Positions 37,712 through 47,761 are shown, counted from the first letter of the stretch. The stretch is DNA of 64,000 nt from a virus (IMGVR_UViG_2675903278_000002), one strand, 5' to 3'. Translations and numbers: made by a program. The notes: a model not told the origin generated them from the sequence alone.

Positions 37712-38373
37712 GCAAATACATCATCAACGTATCGTTTCAGACACGCGTAAATAAAACCACGCGCACGTTGGAAATCGCTGAGTCGTTCGGGCTTGGCCTG
37801 GACGAAAAAGAGTGGACGCTTTACGACAATCTGGAGCTGGAAGTGAAGCAGGGCGATGTGGTGTACATCACCGGCCAATCCGGTTCCGGCAAATCCGTTG
37901 TGCTGCGCGAGTTGCAACGACAGATGAAGGATGAAGGGCTGTCTGTAGCCTCCATCGATGATTTTACCTTCGATAATGAGGTTAACGTCATCGATCAGTT
38001 GGGCAAAACGACCAGTGATGCGCTTGGGTTGTTATCTATGGCTGGTCTGAACGATGCATATCTGTTTGTTCGCAAGCCTTCTGAAATGTCAGACGGCCAG
38101 AAATATCGTCTCAAGATTGCCAAACTGATTGAGTCAGGCGCTAAAGTATGGGCTGCTGACGAGTTCGGCGCTGTTCTCGACCGTGTAACCGCTCAGGTTG
38201 TGGCGTCTAACCTCCAGCGTGCCGCTCGAAAGGTTGGTGCGACGGTAATGGTGGCGACGACTCACGAAGACCTGAAGAACGCGCTGCGCCCTGATATGCA
38301 GATCACCAAGCACTACAAAGAACGCGTGAAGGTGGAATATCACAATGGTAGTCATGATGAGGTCCATTCATGA
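37708..38373 (+). CDS. ABC-type ATPase
   Basis: 221 aa; Walker A ITGQSGSGKS, signature-like MSDGQKYRLKIA, Walker B VWAADEF; coupled to ParB-like genes. Confidence 0.8.
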   Translation: MSKYIINVSFQTRVNKTTRTLEIAESFGLGLDEKEWTLYDNLELEVKQGDVVYITGQSGSGKSVVLRELQRQMKDEGLSVASIDDFTFDNEVNVIDQLGKTTSDALGLLSMAGLNDAYLFVRKPSEMSDGQKYRLKIAKLIESGAKVWAADEFGAVLDRVTAQVVASNLQRAARKVGATVMVATTHEDLKNALRPDMQITKHYKERVKVEYHNGSHDEVHS

Positions 38374-39260
38374 CGGACATCATCATTAAACGCTACCGCC
38401 CTGAAGAGTTTCCGCGTCATCTGGACTTTCTGGAGCGAATGACTGTTACAAAGGGAACTGTAGAGGACTGGCACGCTCTTAAGTCGCTTCACTACAAAAC
38501 AGACGGCAAACCTTTCGCGCCAACTTACTATCGCTGCGAACTTGATGACCGTCTGGTGGGCGTCGTGGTTATGGCTTACCCGAAACTACTGTTGGCACCT
38601 CGCCACCGCATGTTTCCTAAGTTGAAACCAACCACTAATACCACCGTGGCTAACCAGTACTGGGGTCGGTACGTGAATAACAACTTTGCGGTGATCAGTC
38701 GCTCAGTTGTGGATACTCAGTATCGTGGCGTAGGCGTCTCTTATAGAATGATTAACCTGGTTAGCAGGATGCATGACCGGCCAATCATTGAGATCCAGTC
38801 CTCGATGAGCAAATACAATCCCTTCGCCATGAAAGCAGGGTTTAAGTTCATCCGCCCTGAGCGACCGAAGAGCTATGAAAGTGCACTGCGTGTGTTCCAG
38901 CGCCATTTCCGCTCCGACCCGGGTGATAACGAGGCGATCGTCAAAGAGTTGTTCGCTATGAGCGAGTCTCGTCGTCGCCGTGCGCTGCGCGATTTGGTGG
39001 CGGACTACCATAAGAACAGTTCCCTGGCAAAAGCTGGGCGGAATCGTGGCACGACGATTCAGGACATTGCCGACAGTCTGGTGGACGAGGCCAGCATTGT
39101 GAAGCTGCTCAAGGACATTCACAACCTGAGCTTTACGTCTCCGTTGTATGGTGTGTACCGAAACCCTGACTTTGGCCGTCGACTGCCTGACACGCTGCCA
39201 CTGCTGGCATTCGACAAACAACCTTTGGATAAACCGTTAGAAATTGCTTTACCGGCATAA
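38370..39260 (+). CDS. hypothetical protein, possibly acetyltransferase-like
   Basis: 296 aa; overlaps previous stop; QYRGVGVSYRMINLV loosely resembles a GNAT acyl-CoA site; low confidence on function. Confidence 0.65.
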   Translation: MTDIIIKRYRPEEFPRHLDFLERMTVTKGTVEDWHALKSLHYKTDGKPFAPTYYRCELDDRLVGVVVMAYPKLLLAPRHRMFPKLKPTTNTTVANQYWGRYVNNNFAVISRSVVDTQYRGVGVSYRMINLVSRMHDRPIIEIQSSMSKYNPFAMKAGFKFIRPERPKSYESALRVFQRHFRSDPGDNEAIVKELFAMSESRRRRALRDLVADYHKNSSLAKAGRNRGTTIQDIADSLVDEASIVKLLKDIHNLSFTSPLYGVYRNPDFGRRLPDTLPLLAFDKQPLDKPLEIALPA

Positions 39261-39269
39261 GGATTTGCC

Positions 39270-39536
39270 ATGACGTTAACCGACAAACAAAAGGACATCA
39301 TCAAAACGCTCAATCTCGGTTATGAGCGAGGTCATCTACTTGACCTGGACGAATTGCTTGAAGTTTTGCCGTACAAGACAACCAAGCAAAGTATCCAGTT
39401 CTCAATTCGCGCTCTGATAAAAAAGGGGCTGGTGGAGAAAGGGCATACGCGCCAACGCAGTGACAATCGCTATCACCGCCGGACTCTTGGGTTAACCACT
39501 TTAGGTCGAGCCAAAGCGAAGTTACTGGTGATGTAA
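39270..39536 (+). CDS. small basic protein, possible DNA-binding
   Basis: 88 aa; lysine/arginine-rich with helix-turn-helix-like segment; immediately upstream of packaging genes. Confidence 0.6.
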   Translation: MTLTDKQKDIIKTLNLGYERGHLLDLDELLEVLPYKTTKQSIQFSIRALIKKGLVEKGHTRQRSDNRYHRRTLGLTTLGRAKAKLLVM

Positions 39537-39560
39537 TCGGTCTGGGAGCTTATTTAAAGA

Positions 39561-39616
39561 CCTGCATCTGTATATATAAATAATAAGTAACTTATTAAAT
39601 ATATACGGAAGCAGGC
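39561..39616. repeat. long AT-rich hairpin element, copy 2 of 2
   Basis: CCTGCATCTG ... CGGAAGCAGGC around AT-rich loop; homologous to element at 10075-10131; ~115 nt upstream of terminase small subunit. Confidence 0.7.
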
Positions 39617-39650
39617 TTCGTAAGACATGCCAGACCTAATTAAACACCCC

Positions 39651-39693
39651 AGAAAACAAGTTGGTTAGCAGATGCAGTAAACAAGTTGTTTTA
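39651..39693 (+). promoter_or_regulatory. tandem class-A palindromic motifs plus hairpin, upstream of packaging operon
   Basis: AGAAAACAAGTTGGTTA and GTAAACAAGTTGTTTTA ~10 nt apart, followed by AGAGCGC-ATGGAC-GCGCTCT hairpin. Confidence 0.6.
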
Positions 39694-39731
39694 GAGCGCA
39701 TGGACGCGCTCTGTGTGTTTTAGAGGGATCT

Positions 39732-40364
39732 ATGACGGTCGAAAAAGACGAGGTAAAAACTCGCCTGACACCAGCGGAGTGGGCCGAAGCTGAAGCCAAA
39801 TGGACGTCAGGCGAATATACACTCTCAAAGCTGGAGGAAGAGTACGGCATTCGTCGTGAAACACTCTCCAGACATTTCAAAAAGCGAGGATTAGAGAAAG
39901 GCGCGGACTCTGTTGGGAAGATGGTTCGTGAGTCTCTTAAATCTGACGCAGAGCTTCGCGCTAAAGCCCGTGCGGAAAAGATAGAAGAACGTCGTACACG
40001 TTATGACGGCTGGGCGTATGCGTTGGGGCAGATGGTGATGGTCGAAGTCACTACGGCCAAACGTGAGGGTAAGCCTTTAGGGGCGATTGAGGATTCTCTC
40101 AAGAGCTTACAGAGAGCCAGTAATACCCTTGCAAAATGCTTTGAAGTTTCGTCCAAAGCATTGGGCATGGATCATGCGGAAAATGACGAGGAAGAAATTC
40201 CGAACCTGGTATTTGGTGAGCTTACGCCTTCCCAGGTGGCGAAATTACGTCAGGAAGACGACGAGCCTGAAATCATCGATGACGAATTGCTTGAGACGTT
40301 GGAAGAAGAAGCTCTAAGCGAATTTGATGCGACAGATGATGGAAGTGAAGGGGAGGACGAATAA
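39732..40364 (+). CDS. terminase small subunit (putative)
   Basis: 210 aa; helical N-terminal region, highly acidic C-terminal tail; directly precedes and is coupled to large subunit. Confidence 0.7.
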   Translation: MTVEKDEVKTRLTPAEWAEAEAKWTSGEYTLSKLEEEYGIRRETLSRHFKKRGLEKGADSVGKMVRESLKSDAELRAKARAEKIEERRTRYDGWAYALGQMVMVEVTTAKREGKPLGAIEDSLKSLQRASNTLAKCFEVSSKALGMDHAENDEEEIPNLVFGELTPSQVAKLRQEDDEPEIIDDELLETLEEEALSEFDATDDGSEGEDE

Positions 40365-41620
40365 TGGCAATCCCGTCCTCGCTCAGTCTTGTGCAACTGC
40401 ATTCTGGACAGATGAAAGTCTTCCAGTCTCCGCATCGATTTAAAGTTGTTTGTGCTGGTCGACGCTGGGGAAAATCCCGGTTGTCGATCTCCACTATTAT
40501 TCGTGCGGCGGCAAAGGAAAAAAAGCAAAGAGTCTGGTATGTCGCTCCTACTTACCAGATGGCTCGCCAGATTTTGTGGGACGATCTACAGGAAGTTCTG
40601 CCTCGTAAGTGGGTTAGGAAAAAGAACGACACCACGATGACAATCGTGTTGAAGAACGGTTCGGAGATCGCCCTCAAAGGTGCTGATAAGCCTGACACTC
40701 TGCGCGGCGTAGCGTTGCATTTTGTAGTGCTTGATGAATTTCAGGATATGAAGGCTGACACCTGGTACAAGGTGTTACGACCTACTCTTTCATCGACACG
40801 CGGCGGTGCACTGATCATTGGTACGCCAAAAGGCTTCTCGGAATTTCACAAACTGTGGACTATAGGCCAGAACGTAGAGCTGCAAACAAAGGGACAGTGG
40901 AAGAGCTGGCAGTTTGTAACTGCCGATTCTCCGTTTGTACCTACGGCGGAAATTGAAGCTGCTAAGAACGATATGGACCCGAAATCGTTCGCTCAGGAGT
41001 ACCTGGCGAGCTTTGAGAACATGTCCGGGCGCGTTTACTACCCGTTCGATCGTAACGTGCATGTAAAACCGCTTCAGTTCAACCCTCGGTTGCCTATATG
41101 GGTAGGGCAGGACTTCAACATTGACCCGATGTCTTCAGTAATTTTGCAACCTCAGCCAAATGGTGAGCTATGGGCAATTGATGAATTGGTGCTCTTTTCC
41201 TCTAACACGGCAGAGGTTTGTGATGAGCTTGAGAGACGCTTCTGGCGCTGGAAATCACAGATAACGGTATTTCCAGATCCGGCAGGTGCTTATCGCCAAC
41301 ATGCTCGCGGGGAGTCTGACGTCGACATATTCAAAGAGAAGGGATTCTTACGTGTCGATTATTCGAAAAAGCACCCGCCAATTGCGGATCGTGTTAATGC
41401 TGTTAACCGAATGCTGATGACCGCATCTGGAGATATCCGGCTGTATATCGATCCGAAGTGCAAGCATTTGATTGATTCACTGGAAAAAGTCATCTACAAG
41501 CCTGGAACACGAGATATGGATAAGACAGGTGGCATTGAGCATAGTGCAGACGCATTGGGCTATCCAGTACATCGTAGGTATCCAGTCAAAAACCGTGTTA
41601 TTCTTGGTGGTTCTCGATAG
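40364..41620 (+). CDS. terminase large subunit
   Basis: 418 aa; Walker A VVCAGRRWGKS, Walker B VVLDEFQD, C-terminal nuclease-like acidic motifs (GQDFNIDP, FPDPAG). Confidence 0.85.
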   Translation: MAIPSSLSLVQLHSGQMKVFQSPHRFKVVCAGRRWGKSRLSISTIIRAAAKEKKQRVWYVAPTYQMARQILWDDLQEVLPRKWVRKKNDTTMTIVLKNGSEIALKGADKPDTLRGVALHFVVLDEFQDMKADTWYKVLRPTLSSTRGGALIIGTPKGFSEFHKLWTIGQNVELQTKGQWKSWQFVTADSPFVPTAEIEAAKNDMDPKSFAQEYLASFENMSGRVYYPFDRNVHVKPLQFNPRLPIWVGQDFNIDPMSSVILQPQPNGELWAIDELVLFSSNTAEVCDELERRFWRWKSQITVFPDPAGAYRQHARGESDVDIFKEKGFLRVDYSKKHPPIADRVNAVNRMLMTASGDIRLYIDPKCKHLIDSLEKVIYKPGTRDMDKTGGIEHSADALGYPVHRRYPVKNRVILGGSR

Positions 41621-41635
41621 GTAAGTAATTATCTA
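41618..41635. repeat. class-B palindrome
   Basis: TAGGTAAGTAATTATCTA overlapping the terminase stop, before portal gene. Confidence 0.55.
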
Positions 41636-41646
41636 AGGTTATTCAA

Positions 41647-43221
41647 ATGGAATTGAACGACAAACAAATTAAGGATCTGGTGGCGCGACGCCACCCGGAA
41701 TACGAAAAGAAAAAAGAACATTGGGACTTCCTCGCCAGCACTTACGCTGGCGGGCGTGGTTGGTTTACAGACAATATCTTTCGTTACTTTAAAGAGGGAG
41801 ATCAGGAGTTTAAGGAGCGAGTTGAACGTGCTTATCGCTTCAACCACACTCGTGAGGTGGTAAACCTCATCAACAAATATCTCTTTAAAGAAGACATTCA
41901 TAGAAATATCGAAGAGGCACCAGAGCAGATCCGCAATTTCTGGAAACGTGCGACTCGCCAGAATGCCTCTATTGACTCATTTATGGCCGCTATTGATTTG
42001 CAGTCGTCTATTTACGGTCGCATATGGGTTGTTGTCGATAGCACGATGAGTGGTGATGTTGAGTCAGTAGCTGACGAGAAAAAGAAAGATGCTCGCGCCT
42101 ACGCCTACTGGATTTCACCTCAGCAAATGCTGGATGTGGCATGGGACGACGACGGGAATATGTTGTGGGCGTTAATTGTGGAAGTCGCTCGTGATGACGC
42201 AGATCCTTTTACTTCTACAGGTCAGGAATACCAACGTTATCGTCTGTGGACACAAAACGAGTGGTATCTGTTCCGTGAGGAAGTGAAGAAGGGCGCTGGT
42301 GGAGCAGGTCGCCGTCAGGCAAAAGTTATTTTAGAGGATAGCGGTGAGCATAATCTCGGCGTAGTTCCTGTGTTTCCTGTTGATTGTATTGGAGAAAGTG
42401 AATCACCGTATTTCAGCCCATCGTTGATCGATGATATCGCTTATCTTGATCGTGCGGTTGCAAACTATCTGTCAAACCTTGATGCCATTATTCAGGATCA
42501 GACATTTAGCCAGTTGGCTATACCGGTACAGTCGCTTTTACCTGGTGATGAAAACCACACTAAAGTGCTTGAAATGGGCACAAAGCGAGTATTCACCTAC
42601 GATTCTGAAGGTGGAAACCAGCCGTTTTATCTGTCACCAGACCCGAAACAAGCTCAGATGATCATCACTACGATTAAGACGGTGATTAACGAAATCTACC
42701 ATTCAGTTGGTGTAGCTGGTGAGCGAACGAAGCAGGACAACGCACAGGGAATCGATAATTCATCTGGTGCCGCAAAAATGTATGACTTCCAGCGTGTAAA
42801 TAGCTTGCTTGTCACAAAAGCAGAGCGTCTGGAAAGGGCTGAACGCCAAATCATGCTACTGGTTGCGAAATGGATGGGGGTAGATCTGGACGAAGACCAC
42901 TCTTTAATTGCGTATCCAGAAAGTTTCGATATTCGTGGCCTTACTGATGAATTTTCTGTTGCCGAGAAACTGTCATTACTTCAGGCACCGGACTCTGTAC
43001 GTCGTCACCAGATGGAAATGCTTATTGAGAAGATTTTCCCGAACATTACTGAGGCGATGAAAAAGGAATTTGATAAAGATCTCTTGAATTTTCCTCCAAA
43101 AAATGATCTAAATACCCTTGAAAATAAGTCAGTACTTACTTATGATCGTGGTGCAGCCCAAGAAAGCGGGCAAGATCAACCCCGAGGGAATGGGGACTCA
43201 TCTACTCAAGAGAACGAGTGA
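41647..43221 (+). CDS. portal protein (putative)
   Basis: 524 aa; assignment by size and position between terminase and scaffold/capsid. Confidence 0.7.
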   Translation: MELNDKQIKDLVARRHPEYEKKKEHWDFLASTYAGGRGWFTDNIFRYFKEGDQEFKERVERAYRFNHTREVVNLINKYLFKEDIHRNIEEAPEQIRNFWKRATRQNASIDSFMAAIDLQSSIYGRIWVVVDSTMSGDVESVADEKKKDARAYAYWISPQQMLDVAWDDDGNMLWALIVEVARDDADPFTSTGQEYQRYRLWTQNEWYLFREEVKKGAGGAGRRQAKVILEDSGEHNLGVVPVFPVDCIGESESPYFSPSLIDDIAYLDRAVANYLSNLDAIIQDQTFSQLAIPVQSLLPGDENHTKVLEMGTKRVFTYDSEGGNQPFYLSPDPKQAQMIITTIKTVINEIYHSVGVAGERTKQDNAQGIDNSSGAAKMYDFQRVNSLLVTKAERLERAERQIMLLVAKWMGVDLDEDHSLIAYPESFDIRGLTDEFSVAEKLSLLQAPDSVRRHQMEMLIEKIFPNITEAMKKEFDKDLLNFPPKNDLNTLENKSVLTYDRGAAQESGQDQPRGNGDSSTQENE

Positions 43222-43242
43222 TAAGTAACAAAAGGAATTTTT

Positions 43243-44130
43243 ATGAATCTGTGGCAAATGCTTTTGGCCCGTCGTGGTCTGATGGATGTCGCTGAAGCGC
43301 ATGAGCGTGGAGGCGCTGGCGGTGTAGCTGCTGATAATGAGCAGAGTACACAAGATCCTGACAAACAGGGTGAACAAAAAGAGCAGCCGAAGGGCGATGA
43401 CGAATACGCTGGCATGACTCAGGAAGAGTTACTGGCCGAACTTCGTAAAACCAAGAAAGCTGGTGCTGAACTGCTGAAGGAGAACATGAAGCGCAAAGAG
43501 AAAGAGCGCACATTGGCCGATCAGCTTGCTCAGTACGGTGATATCGATCCGGCTCGTGCTCGCCAGCTTTTAGAAGCTGAACAGGCCGCAGAAAACGCAC
43601 GTCGTGAGGCGGAGCAAGCTGAACTGGAGCGTCGTGGTGAGTTCGATGCTGTTAAAAAACAGATGATCGAAGCACACCAGGCAGAGCTGGCACAGCGTGA
43701 CGAACGTTATGCAGCACTGGAAAGTGAAAACGCATCACTGAAATCTCAATTAGTCGAGATGACCGTGGGCGCTTCCTTCAGTAACTCTCTCTTCCTACGT
43801 GACAAAGTTCTGATGACCCCGGCAAAAGCCCGCGTGATCTACGGTTCTCATTTTGAAGTGGGTGAAGACGGTAGCGTAGTGGGTTATGACAAACCGGCAG
43901 GTCACAAAGAACGAGCTGTTCTGGTTGACGGTGAAGGTAAGCCGTTGCCGTTTGAATCCGCGATTGAACGCATTGTGCGGGCAGATCCGGAAGCTGACGC
44001 ATTGATGCGTAGCGAAGCCAAGCAGGGTGTAGGCTCACATTCCAAATCGACCTACACAATATCCCAACCGAAGAACAAGTCGACTATGGATAAGTTGGCC
44101 TCCGGTCTGGGGAAAATTGGACTTAAGTAA
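43243..44130 (+). CDS. scaffolding protein (putative)
   Basis: 295 aa; long charged helical segment typical of scaffolds; directly upstream of capsid gene. Confidence 0.65.
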   Translation: MNLWQMLLARRGLMDVAEAHERGGAGGVAADNEQSTQDPDKQGEQKEQPKGDDEYAGMTQEELLAELRKTKKAGAELLKENMKRKEKERTLADQLAQYGDIDPARARQLLEAEQAAENARREAEQAELERRGEFDAVKKQMIEAHQAELAQRDERYAALESENASLKSQLVEMTVGASFSNSLFLRDKVLMTPAKARVIYGSHFEVGEDGSVVGYDKPAGHKERAVLVDGEGKPLPFESAIERIVRADPEADALMRSEAKQGVGSHSKSTYTISQPKNKSTMDKLASGLGKIGLK

Positions 44131-44155
44131 CATCTAAATCAAAGGGAATTGATAG

Positions 44156-45031
44156 ATGCCATTACTGCGTGAAGAAGCTGAAAAGCTGTCTAACAACGAA
44201 CTTGAACAGGGTGTGATCGAAACTATCATCGATCGCGATGACCTGTTTGCCATCCTGCCTTTTATGAAAATTAATTCAAAGGCATATCTGTACAACCGTG
44301 AAAAAACGCTGAGTGAAGCTACCTTCATCGACGTTAACGACACCATCCCTGAAGGTGCAGCAACCTTCGAAGAATGCGTTGCGAAACTGCGTATTCTGGC
44401 TGGTGACGTAGACGTTGATAAATTCCTGGCGACCACTATGGCCGACACCAACAACCAGTTGGCTATTCAGGTTCGTCAGAAAGTTAAAGGTCTGGCTCGT
44501 GCGTTCCGTCGCAACCTGATTTTGGGTGACTCCAGCTCCAACAACAAGGCGTTTGACGGCATTCCACGCCTGATGCACGCAGATCAGAAGATCGATATCG
44601 CCGGTGCATCTATGACTTTCTCTATGTTCGACGAACTGGTCGATGCGGTGAAAGATCTTGGTGCTGACTGCATCATGATGCGTTCAGAGCACCTGCGTGC
44701 TTACCGTGCGCTGCTGCGTACAGTAAACGTAGGTCCGTCTGAAATCATGATGGAGAACTTCGGTCGTCCGATGCTGTGTCATAACGGCGTTCCGTTCATC
44801 ATCAACGACTTCATCCCGACCGATTCTGGCAAAGCAAGCATCTACTGCCTGCATCTGTCAGAAGAGAACGGCGTTACTGGTCTGTATGGCGGCGACAACG
44901 CAGGTATCGTTGTTGAAAACATTGGTACTGTACAGAACAAAGACGCAGTACGTACCCGTGTGAAGTGGTACTGCTCTCTGGCGAATAAGCACGATAAGGC
45001 TATCGCTGCACTGACCAATGTAAAAATTTAA
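44156..45031 (+). CDS. major capsid protein (putative)
   Basis: 291 aa; position after portal and scaffold; strong RBS; terminator follows. Confidence 0.7.
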   Translation: MPLLREEAEKLSNNELEQGVIETIIDRDDLFAILPFMKINSKAYLYNREKTLSEATFIDVNDTIPEGAATFEECVAKLRILAGDVDVDKFLATTMADTNNQLAIQVRQKVKGLARAFRRNLILGDSSSNNKAFDGIPRLMHADQKIDIAGASMTFSMFDELVDAVKDLGADCIMMRSEHLRAYRALLRTVNVGPSEIMMENFGRPMLCHNGVPFIINDFIPTDSGKASIYCLHLSEENGVTGLYGGDNAGIVVENIGTVQNKDAVRTRVKWYCSLANKHDKAIAALTNVKI

Positions 45032-45039
45032 TCAGTGTA

Positions 45040-45059
45040 GTAGATAAGTAGTTATCTAT
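45040..45059. repeat. class-B palindrome
   Basis: GTAGATAAGTAGTTATCTAT after capsid gene. Confidence 0.55.
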
Positions 45060-45062
45060 GTT

Positions 45063-45092
45063 AAAGGGTGGGCTATACGCCCACCCTTTTTG
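45063..45092 (+). terminator. rho-independent terminator
   Basis: AAAGGGTGGGC-TATAC-GCCCACCCTTTTT after capsid gene. Confidence 0.8.
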
Positions 45093-45104
45093 TAGGAGCG
45101 AGAA

Positions 45105-46025
45105 ATGCCAGAACAAAAGATGAAGATTACGGAAGAGGCATTTTCGGATTTTACGGGGCATATGTGCCGTGCCGGATTTACCAATTCTATCTCCGATCAA
45201 CCTTTAACTGAGCGGCAACAAAGTCAGCTATCTGCTTGTTTGCAGGCGGTTCCCCTCTCCCAATCCGTAAACATAACCCCGGCTTCACCGTCAGTTTTGG
45301 TTGGGAAAACTGTTCAACTTAGTGCAGGTATTAGTATGGGTAAGAGTGCCAGTTCATTCACCTGGAAGTCAGCCAATGACCAAATTGCAACCGTTAACGG
45401 CACTGGATTAGTAACTGGCGTAGCACCAGGCAAAGTAAAAATTACTGCAACTGATCAGGAAACCCAGCTTTCCGCTTCAGTGGAAGTCACCGTAAATCCG
45501 GTAGCCGTTCAATCCGTAACGGTAACGCCAGAATCAACGTCTGTTGAGAAAGGGAAATCAGTCAGTCTGAAAGCGAATGTTCAGCCGTCAAATGCGACGA
45601 ATAAGGCTGTTACCTGGTCTTCCAAAAATGAAGATAAGGCAACGGTAGACCAGAGCGGGAACGTTACTGGTGTAGAAGTTGGCACTGCGACGATTGAGAT
45701 CGTTTCCCAAGATGGCAGCAAAAAGGCAACTGCAACGGTGGAAGTAACTGCGCCTGTTGTGGCTGTTACCGGCGTCGAAATCGACCCAAATAGCACAACC
45801 GTTGAGGCAAACAAAACTGTTCAGCTGACCGCAAATGTCGAGCCGGCAGGAGCAACAAATAAAACCGTTACTTGGGAATCCAAAAATACCGAGTTTGCAA
45901 CGGTGGATAGCGAAACCGGTGTTGTAACTGGCGTTGCGGCTGGTACTGCCACAATCGAGGTTACTACCCAAGATGGTAGCCACAAAGCGACAGCGACCGT
46001 AGAAGTCACTGCTGCACAGGAATAA
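45105..46025 (+). CDS. Ig-like (Big_2-type) repeat protein, putative head decoration/accessory protein
   Basis: 306 aa; three ~85-aa repeats each ending ...ATATVEVT; short hairpin follows. Confidence 0.75.
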   Translation: MPEQKMKITEEAFSDFTGHMCRAGFTNSISDQPLTERQQSQLSACLQAVPLSQSVNITPASPSVLVGKTVQLSAGISMGKSASSFTWKSANDQIATVNGTGLVTGVAPGKVKITATDQETQLSASVEVTVNPVAVQSVTVTPESTSVEKGKSVSLKANVQPSNATNKAVTWSSKNEDKATVDQSGNVTGVEVGTATIEIVSQDGSKKATATVEVTAPVVAVTGVEIDPNSTTVEANKTVQLTANVEPAGATNKTVTWESKNTEFATVDSETGVVTGVAAGTATIEVTTQDGSHKATATVEVTAAQE

Positions 46026-46069
46026 TCAATATTGGGCGGCGAAAGCCGCCCATGTAGAGAGAATGCGTT

Positions 46070-46504
46070 ATGAAACCAGCAAAAATTGTTTTATTAGAAC
46101 CGCAATTTTCCGGTTATTCGGGAATGTTGTGCGGCGTTCAGTTCGAGAACGGGGTGTCCGTAGCGGAGTTGCCTTTTATCGATCAGCAAAGGATTTGTGC
46201 CTCAATGCGAGCATCAACAGTCGAGGGCAAAAATGTTTCTCCGTCTGCCGCATACAGTGATCGTGGCGAGTTGACCGCAGACCTGATTACCGAGCCAGCA
46301 GCACCTGACATTGTGCCAATGAAACGTGGGACACCAGATGAACCGGCCAAACAGATCCAGACTTTCACACGAGAAGAGTTGGAGTCAATTGCAGACAATG
46401 AAGGCATTGCCGGTCTACGTGTGATTGGTAATCAGGTTGGTGTCAAAGCGAAAGGAATTGTCGAGATGATTGAAGGCATCCTGAAAGCACAAGGCGGTGA
46501 GTAA
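46070..46504 (+). CDS. hypothetical structural protein
   Basis: 144 aa ORF in morphogenesis block. Confidence 0.6.
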   Translation: MKPAKIVLLEPQFSGYSGMLCGVQFENGVSVAELPFIDQQRICASMRASTVEGKNVSPSAAYSDRGELTADLITEPAAPDIVPMKRGTPDEPAKQIQTFTREELESIADNEGIAGLRVIGNQVGVKAKGIVEMIEGILKAQGGE

Positions 46505-47337
46505 TGGCGCAGATCGACTCGTATCGTAGCGGTGAAGCTGTTTCCCTTTCATTTGCCTTCAACGTGCTGGATATCGAATCTGCTACCTACACAGTAAAGG
46601 ACAGCACCGGGGCTATTCTCGTTGATGGCGAGCCGCTAGAAATTACCAGCGGTCAAATGTCGATTCCGGTTGTCGTGTCGGCTGAATATAACCAGCTCTC
46701 TGAGAAAGAACGCGATCTGCGGTACGTCATTGTGAAGGCTGTTGCATCGGGTCTGACGCATGAAGAGCGGCAAATGTATGTTCTGCTGAATAGTTTTGAA
46801 CTGTCGATACCAGAACAGTCGTTTGCAACTGTCGCTGATGCTCAAATGCAAGCGATCGATATGCTGAATGGGGACACTTTGCTGTCGGATGGTGAAGGCT
46901 TAATGCGCAAGCGTCTCATTGAGGCTACCAGACGAATTAAAACTTTACCGTTCTCAATCCGCAAAATTCTACGTATCGACTTTGACCGATACGATCGCCC
47001 TCAAAATATGCTGAATGTGTATGACATTCCGTGGGGAGCAGATGGAGCGTACCGGCATGATTTAGTCGATTGGGAAAAGATGACGCAGGAGAAGTTTGAA
47101 GAGTTCCCTGACTACTTCAAAGAAGCGTTGATGCTTGCCGTTGTCAACGAAGCGTGTGAGATCGCAAATGGCAATGATGTTGCCGCAGCACGAGAGGATG
47201 GCATTTTGTCAGAGTCAATCGGTGAAACAACCAACATGTACCGTACCGGTAAAGCTGCAAACGTGCATGTGGCTCGCAGTACCTGGCGCTTGCTGGTCAG
47301 TTACATCAACAACCGTATGATTGTTCGCCGTGCGTAA
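46504..47337 (+). CDS. hypothetical structural protein (possible head-tail connector)
   Basis: 277 aa; start overlaps previous stop; position between capsid and tail genes. Confidence 0.65.
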   Translation: MAQIDSYRSGEAVSLSFAFNVLDIESATYTVKDSTGAILVDGEPLEITSGQMSIPVVVSAEYNQLSEKERDLRYVIVKAVASGLTHEERQMYVLLNSFELSIPEQSFATVADAQMQAIDMLNGDTLLSDGEGLMRKRLIEATRRIKTLPFSIRKILRIDFDRYDRPQNMLNVYDIPWGADGAYRHDLVDWEKMTQEKFEEFPDYFKEALMLAVVNEACEIANGNDVAAAREDGILSESIGETTNMYRTGKAANVHVARSTWRLLVSYINNRMIVRRA

Positions 47338-47416
47338 CGCCAGTCGCATTATTTACTTTTGGTCGAAAGGGTTTTTGGCCAGTAATGAGAGCGACCGACA
47401 ACAACAGAGAGAGAGC

Positions 47417-47761
47417 ATGAATATTTCGTGGCAAACAGAAATTGCGATCTACCGCTTTGGCGCAAAGAACGTTTACGGCGAGGCGCAATTACAATTCGTC
47501 AGGAAGACGAATGTCGGCGTGGTTAAGTTCGAACAGAGTAATGAGAAATCGTCAGTTCGTGCTGATAGCTCTGGTAGTCGTGGTAAGGCGAGTCTGGAGC
47601 TGTTTGATGCTGTGTTAGTTGTCCCTTTAGAAGCGGCTGTACAACTTGATGATGTGCTGATCCTTGAAGGTCAAAAATTAAAGGTGTCCAGTGTTCATCG
47701 CCGCTGGGGGCTACGAGGAAGACCTGGGCATCTTGAAGTAGGGGCGAATATATGGGTCTGA
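47417..47761 (+). CDS. hypothetical structural protein
   Basis: ~114 aa from internal ATG (MNISWQTEIAIY...) with AGAGAGAG RBS, in frame with track ORF 47321. Confidence 0.55.
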   Translation: MNISWQTEIAIYRFGAKNVYGEAQLQFVRKTNVGVVKFEQSNEKSSVRADSSGSRGKASLELFDAVLVVPLEAAVQLDDVLILEGQKLKVSSVHRRWGLRGRPGHLEVGANIWV

